Positions 59,775 to 64,000 of a stretch of 64,000 bases of DNA are shown here, piece by piece. A model generated the notes under the pieces. The model was given only the letters and a program-made list of their open reading frames with translations. It was not told the origin of the DNA and did no database searches. The position numbers and the translations under genes are program-made. Numbering within the stretch: position 1 is the first letter of the stretch; each line of letters opens with the position of its first letter. The stretch is taken from the IMG/VR virus record IMGVR_UViG_3300023176_006361, positions 1 through 64,000 of that record. One strand, written 5' to 3'. Origin of the DNA: a virus.

Positions 59775-59993
59775 CTATTCAGACCATCTTTCTACAAAAT
59801 CATCGAATCCGCCCTGACCCCCACATGGTCTAGAAAGTCTATCCTCTGGTGGTCTAGCAGCTGCTCGCTTTTTGTTCTGTTCGTGGATTTTCAACCACTT
59901 TTCTGACTCAACTTCGGTAATTAGAGTCATTCCAGATTCCATAAACATGTCGCCTTTGTCTACAGAACCGTCTAAATGTTGTGGATGTGACAT
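59775..59993 (-). CDS. Conserved hypothetical protein (72 aa)
   Basis: AGGAG RBS 5 nt upstream; SGMTLITE motif. Confidence 0.75.
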   Translation of the reverse strand: MSHPQHLDGSVDKGDMFMESGMTLITEVESEKWLKIHEQNKKRAAARPPEDRLSRPCGGQGGFDDFVERWSE

Positions 59994-59995
59994 TT

Positions 59996-60685
59996 TTACT
60001 CCTGATTTAGTGAATCAGAACTTTTTTCGGGGTTGCTATCCCGTTCTTTTGCTGTTTTCCAAAAATATTCGTCTTCACGACCCATTCCAAGACGATCAAA
60101 ACCATTCTCAACTGAGTAATATTGGGTTGAAACCTTGAAATCGGGCATTTTGGGGGTTTCTGGAGTCAAACTATTGTCAAAAATGCGTAATCTGTTGTTT
60201 GGATACAGTGCATATTGACCATTTTCAAGTTCAATTAGGTTATGTGACTTGTGTTCAGCGGGATTTTCGCTTGTTGCATAGTCAACTACATCTGGATCTT
60301 GGTGATAATTGTCCAAAGTACATACATAAGTACCTTTTTGAATGCCATGATCGCGTGTGTAGCACTCAAAATCCATTGAACCAATGAATTGTTTGGTAAC
60401 AGAGACTACACCATAGTCCATACAGTTCCAAAATTGAAGATTTGGAAGATTCATGTCTGGATCTGGAGTCACAGGTTTGGACAAAAAGGCACTAATTGGT
60501 AATTTGTCATACATTGCAGCATATTCTGGTAAATATGTCTCAAAATAAAAAGCGCGTCCAGGCATCGACTTAGCCGACACCCAGACGCCTTTGACAAACT
60601 CACCATGACCAAACTGATGATCAGTAAGATATTCTTTGCGAACCCATACTTCTACTGATGGTAAGTTAGTAACTAGACAACTCAT
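59996..60685 (-). CDS. Conserved hypothetical phage protein (229 aa)
   Basis: Clean ORF after a late promoter; WVRKEYL.DH..GHGEF, LQFWNCMDY, EHKSHN...L.NGQYALYPNNR. Confidence 0.85.
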   Translation of the reverse strand: MSCLVTNLPSVEVWVRKEYLTDHQFGHGEFVKGVWVSAKSMPGRAFYFETYLPEYAAMYDKLPISAFLSKPVTPDPDMNLPNLQFWNCMDYGVVSVTKQFIGSMDFECYTRDHGIQKGTYVCTLDNYHQDPDVVDYATSENPAEHKSHNLIELENGQYALYPNNRLRIFDNSLTPETPKMPDFKVSTQYYSVENGFDRLGMGREDEYFWKTAKERDSNPEKSSDSLNQE

Positions 60686-60703
60686 CTCACAAGGGGTTTC
60701 TTT

Positions 60704-60711
60704 TATTTATC
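60704..60711 (-). promoter_or_regulatory. Late promoter (GATAAATA)
   Basis: Overlaps the stop of the 48-aa gene, 19 nt upstream of the 229-aa gene. Confidence 0.6.
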
Positions 60712-60853
60712 CCTTGCCTTGACCTCGACTACGCTTACGAGCAGCATTACGACTTGTAGCAGCATATTTGGTATGCTTTCCCGATCCCTGACGAGTTTTC
60801 TTGGGAGGACCAGGCTGCCATTCAGACTTCAGAAAAGATTTGACTTTTGCCAT
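60707..60853 (-). CDS. Small highly basic protein (48 aa)
   Basis: Manual translation MAKVKSFLKSEWQPGPPKKTRQGSGKHTKYAATSRNAARKRSRGQGKG; fills the gap and sits behind a consensus sigma70 promoter; not in the ORF track. Confidence 0.85.
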   Translation of the reverse strand: MAKVKSFLKSEWQPGPPKKTRQGSGKHTKYAATSRNAARKRSRGQGKG

Positions 60854-60876
60854 TAGATCAAATTGATTACGGATTC

Positions 60877-60905
60877 ATTATAAAGCATGGAGAGAGTCGT
60901 GTCAA
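60877..60905 (-). promoter_or_regulatory. Perfect sigma70-type (early) promoter TTGACA-N17-TATAAT
   Basis: Minus strand TTGACA (60905-60900), 17-nt spacer, TATAAT (60882-60877). Confidence 0.88.
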
Positions 60906-63280
60906 CCCTCTCTGCTGATATCGAAGGAGTTACAGAAGTCTCCATTTGGAGGAGACTGTGTTCCAGAAGAAGTGCCATTAGATGCCCAACCATAAGGAGA
61001 AGGTGATCTATATGTACCAGGGATGTACTTGAATGCTCCAATTGTTGCTGTACCATCACCTGCAATGACAGAACTGTTTCCATCATAAATGACATTACCT
61101 GCCCAAAGTATAACAAGTTGACGTACACCTGATGTTGGTGTGCTCTCTGGTCCACCAGATCTTGTATACCAACCATAATCGGGTCTATTGGACATAAGAA
61201 CTGGATATTCTGCAATACCTCCTTGTGCAGTATATGGTCCTTCGATTGCAGACTCAATAACAATTCTAGAGTTTGGATTACCACCAGATCCTTGGTTATC
61301 ATCCTGATTGTCAGATGAGACTCCAGTGACGCCAGAAACAATAGTGGAGTGAATATAACCTGATCCACCGCCACCACCAGATGCATTACGGGTGGAGTTA
61401 CCATTATCGTTACCGCCGCCGCCTCCGCCGCCGCCGTACCATCCACCACCACCGCCTCCGCCGCCTCCAGCGTTGGGGTATCCATTCTGCTGACCATCGC
61501 CGCCACGACCACCTTGTAGTCCACTACCAGCACTACCGCCAGCACCACCACCATTACCACCAGAGGACTGAGTACCAGCACCACCTCCAGTAGATCCGAT
61601 TTGGGTATCACTGGAAGATGTACCTCCACTGCCACTCTGACCGCCTCCAGTGCCGCCAGGAGACGACCCATGACCAAATCCAGTACCACCAGCACCACCA
61701 GCGATCATAAGGGCATTAGACTGCGATGCAGAGGTTCCTGTGAAAAGACCTGCATATCCACCACCCCTACTGTTACTGACCCATCCATATGATGTACCAG
61801 CATCACCACCACCAGTATCAACTTGTGCTAGGTAATTTTGGTTTTGTACAAAGTTATAAGATCCTGTTGAATAACCTGCTCTGATACCATTTCTACCTTC
61901 TCCCCACATCCAAATACGACGACTCTGATCCTGATAAGGAATCAAAGTAAAGTCTCTTGTACTGAAATTATGAGCATCAATGATCAATGGACCATGTACA
62001 GCAAAGATCCAGTTGTTGACAGTTTCGTTCGTAAGTCCTGATGTGATGGCAGGAGAAACATACATGTCATAATCATAAGTAATGATTGTTGCAATCTCAG
62101 AGAATACAGGAGCAGCAGCATTGACATTAGTAACCTTACAACGATAAGAGTCACCACTGTCTGTTGCTGAATTCAATGCTGCTGTTGTATATGTCGCAGA
62201 ATTAGCGCCAGAAACATCATTGAAGATCTGTTCATTCAATTCTCGCTTCTGCCACTGGTAAACTAACGTACCAGGAACATCCAACGTTGCTGTGACATTG
62301 AATGTTGCTATGGATCCATTGACACCTGTAACGTCATTAGGATTGACTGTAATCGTGATGTTTGCAGGTGTGACAGTCAGAGTTGCTGAATTTGATATTT
62401 TTTCTTGATTGTATATTGAACTAATCTTACAACGGAATACTCTACCGTCATCATCAACATAAGATGTGTTTGCAATCACCAGAGACGTTCCTGTCTCTCC
62501 TGGCATATCTACAAACGTGTTGAACTGGTTTCTTTCTTGCCACTGATAAGAAATTGCTGATCCATCACTAATTGTTGCTACTACATTGAATGTAGCAGTA
62601 TTTGTTGCCTGAACTGTAACATCATCAGGATTTGCCGTTGCAGGATTGAACTCCATGACTGCCCATGTGCCAATCTCAGTATCAAAACGTAGTTCTTTAC
62701 TCCAATCAGTAGATATACATTCTGTCAATGTAAATACAAACTTACCACTATGCTTTGGTGCTTTTGTAACTGTAAATGTTCTTGCATTCAAATCTACAGT
62801 TCTGACCAATACATCATTATCAAATGCTGCACCACCCACAAACCCTTTGAGAGTTCGTAGATAGTCAATTCTCATGCCTGGTTCAATATCAAAGATTAGT
62901 TCTCTGCCATATGTAAGAACATCACCCGTTACAGGATCTTGATAACCTAAGAGATTAACGGTTGTAGAACCACGATTGATAATTGCAACAATTTCAATTT
63001 TCCTCGCATTTGGTGCATCAACATTTGTGTGATACTTCGCATGGACCCAATATTCTTTGTTTTGCTCCAGAACATCCTCTACATTGAAAGAGAGCTTCTT
63101 GCGATGCTCCACACTTACGTCCTGATAATAAACAACATCAGGAGGATTATTATTCCTCCCAAACATAAAAGTCTTTGAGATCTCCCAAGAGGTCGCTATA
63201 TGATTCTTCTCAGTAACTCCCTCAAGTTCAGTGATCTGCAGATCGCTTGGGAGGTTGAACTTATATGGCGTCTTCGACAT
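60902..63280 (-). CDS. FN3-like + 2 Ig-like + glycine-rich (polyglycine-II/ALK-LTK-like) fibre/adhesin protein (~792 aa)
   Basis: Start reassigned to MSKTPY (TAATG overlap with the PAAR stop) instead of 63346; YQWQ Ig repeats; GGGYAGLF...LMIAGGAGG...GGGGWYGGGGG...GGGGSGYI. Confidence 0.82.
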   Translation of the reverse strand: MSKTPYKFNLPSDLQITELEGVTEKNHIATSWEISKTFMFGRNNNPPDVVYYQDVSVEHRKKLSFNVEDVLEQNKEYWVHAKYHTNVDAPNARKIEIVAIINRGSTTVNLLGYQDPVTGDVLTYGRELIFDIEPGMRIDYLRTLKGFVGGAAFDNDVLVRTVDLNARTFTVTKAPKHSGKFVFTLTECISTDWSKELRFDTEIGTWAVMEFNPATANPDDVTVQATNTATFNVVATISDGSAISYQWQERNQFNTFVDMPGETGTSLVIANTSYVDDDGRVFRCKISSIYNQEKISNSATLTVTPANITITVNPNDVTGVNGSIATFNVTATLDVPGTLVYQWQKRELNEQIFNDVSGANSATYTTAALNSATDSGDSYRCKVTNVNAAAPVFSEIATIITYDYDMYVSPAITSGLTNETVNNWIFAVHGPLIIDAHNFSTRDFTLIPYQDQSRRIWMWGEGRNGIRAGYSTGSYNFVQNQNYLAQVDTGGGDAGTSYGWVSNSRGGGYAGLFTGTSASQSNALMIAGGAGGTGFGHGSSPGGTGGGQSGSGGTSSSDTQIGSTGGGAGTQSSGGNGGGAGGSAGSGLQGGRGGDGQQNGYPNAGGGGGGGGGWYGGGGGGGGNDNGNSTRNASGGGGGSGYIHSTIVSGVTGVSSDNQDDNQGSGGNPNSRIVIESAIEGPYTAQGGIAEYPVLMSNRPDYGWYTRSGGPESTPTSGVRQLVILWAGNVIYDGNSSVIAGDGTATIGAFKYIPGTYRSPSPYGWASNGTSSGTQSPPNGDFCNSFDISREG

Positions 63281-63621
63281 TATCCAATTTCTAATGCAGG
63301 TGCTGCAGGTGCTGAAGTAAATACTGGTGCTCCACCCGCAAAACAATTAGGGGATCCCTTGGCTACTGCGGTACATGTAGCATCACTCACACGCCCACCA
63401 CCAACACCATTGACAATGACTGTCCGTGATCCGATAGTAATCGGTGCAGCATGTGTCGGACAGGGACTGCCAGGAAGTAGGTGAGCAGTATTATTATCAC
63501 CCTGTCTACTCCATGGTATATTATTGATAAACACATCAGCTGATCCCTTTGCTCTGACCATGCCAGAACAATGAGGAACATCTGCGTCTCCAATTCTAGT
63601 AATTGGCATTGATGCTGCCAT
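63280..63621 (-). CDS. PAAR spike-tip protein (gp5.4-like) with a C-terminal extension
   Basis: ITRIGD...HC...GS.DVFIN....RQGD...H.....C..H...I..GS.TV.VNG....RVSD..C...AKGSPNCFAG. Confidence 0.9.
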   Translation of the reverse strand: MAASMPITRIGDADVPHCSGMVRAKGSADVFINNIPWSRQGDNNTAHLLPGSPCPTHAAPITIGSRTVIVNGVGGGRVSDATCTAVAKGSPNCFAGGAPVFTSAPAAPALEIG

Positions 63622-64000
63622 TATCCCTCCTTGATTTCAAATGGGTCGTATCCTTCTCTACCACGCCCTCTATCATATTTAGTTTGCATCGCTACAGGAT
63701 CAGATTGCTTCTGTACTAATGTTTGACATAATGTAGGATTCCTTAGAGGATTATTCTCTACCTTATGTGTCAATGTATGGGTCTCTACAACAGGTACACC
63801 ATCTAATACTAAGTTTACAACAATCGTATATGTCAATGTCACAAACTGTGTGGGATCAGGACGATACTCTGTAAGATGATCATAATGTCCACCATCTGGT
63901 AACTTCGGTGGAAAATCAGGAGATAACAACATATCAGTCAAACCATCCTCGTTTGGTGATGTGTTTTGCTCTAATTTCTTCTGCTGATCTTCTCCATATG
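63621..64000 (-). CDS. Hypothetical protein, 3' part (reading frame open to the window edge)
   Basis: The track ORF starts at TTG 63941, but the frame has no stop upstream to 64000 (YGEDQQKKLEQNTSPNEDGLTDML...). Confidence 0.7.
   Translation of the reverse strand, partial: YGEDQQKKLEQNTSPNEDGLTDMLLSPDFPPKLPDGGHYDHLTEYRPDPTQFVTLTYTIVVNLVLDGVPVVETHTLTHKVENNPLRNPTLCQTLVQKQSDPVAMQTKYDRGRGREGYDPFEIKEG

Noticed and set aside
60853-61698. 281-aa same-strand alternative-frame ORF whose stop overlaps the ATG of the 48-aa gene
   Set aside because: Val/Ala-rich shadow of GGT/GGC glycine codons in the Gly-rich domain; its 3' end is explained by the sigma70 promoter sequence.
63281-63346. First 22 codons of the 814-aa track ORF
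   Set aside because: Overlap the PAAR gene; the TAATG-coupled ATG at 63280 is the likelier start.
2090-63484. Numerous plus-strand ORFs of 60-172 aa in the track
   Set aside because: All are antisense to long minus-strand genes, with composition typical of reverse-complement shadows and no motifs.
1-64000. tRNA genes, CRISPR arrays, introns/inteins, homing endonucleases, DGR template repeats or invertible cassettes
   Set aside because: No intergenic space large enough, no reverse transcriptase, recombinase or endonuclease motifs, and no near-identical long DNA repeats seen by eye. A self dot-plot and tRNAscan would be needed to exclude them formally.

Overview
A 64 kb fragment of a T4-like marine cyanomyophage (Kyanoviridae-type). 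The host is probably Synechococcus, inferred from gnd+zwf+ptoX. Essentially all real genes are on the minus strand and tightly packed. In transcription order (right to left): PAAR spike tip and an Ig/Gly-rich fibre; a 48-aa basic protein behind a perfect sigma70 promoter; gp25-gp6-gp7-gp8 baseplate; a VrlC/DUF4815-type giant protein; a ~27 kb cluster of fibre and accessory virion proteins; gp13-gp14-gp15-gp16; then the variable island after g16 (modular basic protein, ptoX, small membrane ORFs, gnd, an unannotated ndhP, and a truncated zwf). Highlights: (1) a 2634-aa subtilisin protease/cupredoxin/YHYH/Ig protein whose last FN3-like domain stops one beta-strand short, with the missing strand apparently encoded by the N-terminus of the next 82-aa gene (donor-strand docking or +1 frameshift); (2) a possible chain of C-terminal/N-terminal docking pairs building branched fibres; (3) a candidate capsid-targeted polyprotein with a T4-CTS-like motif and Glu cleavage sites; (4) an OPPP-NdhP-PTOX electron-flow cassette. 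All domain calls come from motif recognition by eye; no searches were run. No tRNA, CRISPR array, intron or transposase was seen.
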